This document shows, in pieces, positions 49,456 through 50,583 of a DNA stretch of 50,583 nt. The notes under the pieces were generated by a model. That model was given only the letters and a program-made list of their open reading frames with translations. It searched no databases and was not told the origin of the DNA. A program made the translations under genes and the position numbers. Numbering within the stretch: position 1 is the stretch's first letter; each line of letters starts with the position of its first letter. This DNA comes from Roseovarius sp. (GTDB lineage Bacteria > Pseudomonadota > Alphaproteobacteria > Rhodobacterales > Rhodobacteraceae), in assembly GCA_024636515.1 (NCBI GenBank), contig JAGXGX010000147.1, positions 1 to 50,583 on the forward strand. The letters are read 5' to 3'.

Positions 49456-50583
49456 ATGACCAATATGAAACTAACGTTTGATGCCGTCGATGAGGCGACA
49501 GCCGGCCCGAAATGGGCCGCGCGCTGGCAGCGGTCGTGGCCCGCCTACGAGGCGTGGTTTGTCGCCCGCGGCGGCGATAGCGGCCCATCGGCACCAGATT
49601 GCCGGGATGCAATGCGTGACTACATGCCGGAACTCGTGCCGCTTTACGACAGGCTAGTTACGCTTGCGGGCGGGTCTGATCGTGCGGCACGCTTTTTGTC
49701 CACATGGTGCCCGCCGGCATATCTGGGCGGCTGTTCGCTGGCCGCGCTGTCCGACAAAACCGACGTTCGCCTCGTGCGCAATTATGATCTGTCGCCCGAA
49801 CTGAACGAGGGGCTTCTGTTGCGCACCGAATGGTCCGGGCGTGCCGTGATGGGCATGGTTGAATTTCTCTGGGGGCTGTCCGATGGCATCAACGACGCGG
49901 GCCTCAGCGTGGCCCTGGCATATGGCGGGCGCGCCCAGACGGGCAGGGGCTTTGGCGTGACGACCATCCTGCGCTATATGCTTGAGACATGCGATACTGT
50001 CGACGAGGCGCTAAGTGCATTACGGCGTGTGCCGTCGCATATGGCCTATAATCTGGTCCTCGCAGACGCGTCCGGCAGCACGGCCAGCGTTGAGCTTATC
50101 CCCGGTGGCGGAATACGCGTGATGCCGCAGGCAATAGCGACGAATCACCAAAGCGGTCCTGAGCCTGCTGCCCGGCCCGGCTTTACCCGCAGCTATGAAC
50201 GTAATGCGCATCTAAAGGATCTGCGCGTCAGCCCGCGTCACCTGAACCGTCATTTCTTGAAACCGCCCCTGATCCAGAACCGCTATGCCTAAGGGTTCGG
50301 CACGCTTTTCACAGCTGAATACAACCCTATAGAGCGGACCTTGGGGCTGACGCTGAGCGGTGAGAGGTGGGATCAGGCGCTGGACGCGTTTGAGGAAGGG
50401 CAGCGCCACGTCGACTACTCCGGGCCAGCCGGGCAGGTCATCAGCGAGCCGTCCTACGCAGCGCATGAGGGCGCAGGCATCGACTGGTCCCGCGCGGCCG
50501 GGATTAATTGGGCGGCAGTGGGCCAAGATTACGCGGGCGGGCGCGGGCGCCCGATCCACACTTATCTTGCAGCTAAGTCTGAC
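49456..50583 (+). pseudogene. C45-family Ntn hydrolase/acyltransferase with in-frame stop; runs off the window
   Basis: PPAYLGGCS (Cys nucleophile), VRNYD, WGLSDGINDAGL, TNHQ. TAA at 50290-50292 is followed in frame by GFGTLFTAEYNP...WDQALDAFEEG, open to the window end. Confidence 0.78.

Overview
GC-rich alphaproteobacterial chromosome segment. The gene order ubiB-ubiE-mutM-enoyl-CoA hydratase-rpsT-dnaA-dnaN-recF-gyrB points to Rhodobacteraceae/Roseobacter group (inference). Five blocks. (1) 1-5.3 kb: an eroded, AT-richer island with remnants of three IS families (IS110, IS21, IS481), pseudogenes, an orphan CHASE-PAS histidine kinase and a bactofilin, abutting a truncated yjbH. (2) 6.7-18.2 kb: housekeeping and replication core. 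(3) 18.4-37.4 kb: an enlarged aminophosphonate catabolic locus. The known 2-aminoethylphosphonate (AEP) core (AepXVW-type ABC transporter, LysR, phnW-phnA-phnY, pbfA) is flanked on the left by a Na/Pi-cotransporter-family gene, a DeoR regulator and a dimethylglycine/sarcosine-dehydrogenase-like flavoprotein, and on the right by a DMT transporter, a D-2-hydroxyacid-dehydrogenase-like protein and a second FAD oxidoreductase. (4) 37.5-44.2 kb: iron-box-controlled operon of a small ORF, hemP, imelysin, porin, di-haem protein, second imelysin and DUF1513. (5) 44.3-50.6 kb: LysR, DUF481 OMP, cbpA-cbpM and a CopG/RHH-esterase-C45 hydrolase module. The best candidate for an undescribed system is a DeoR-regulated, folate-linked N-demethylation branch feeding N-methylated aminophosphonates into PhnWAY. 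All calls come from reading motifs by eye; no searches were run.
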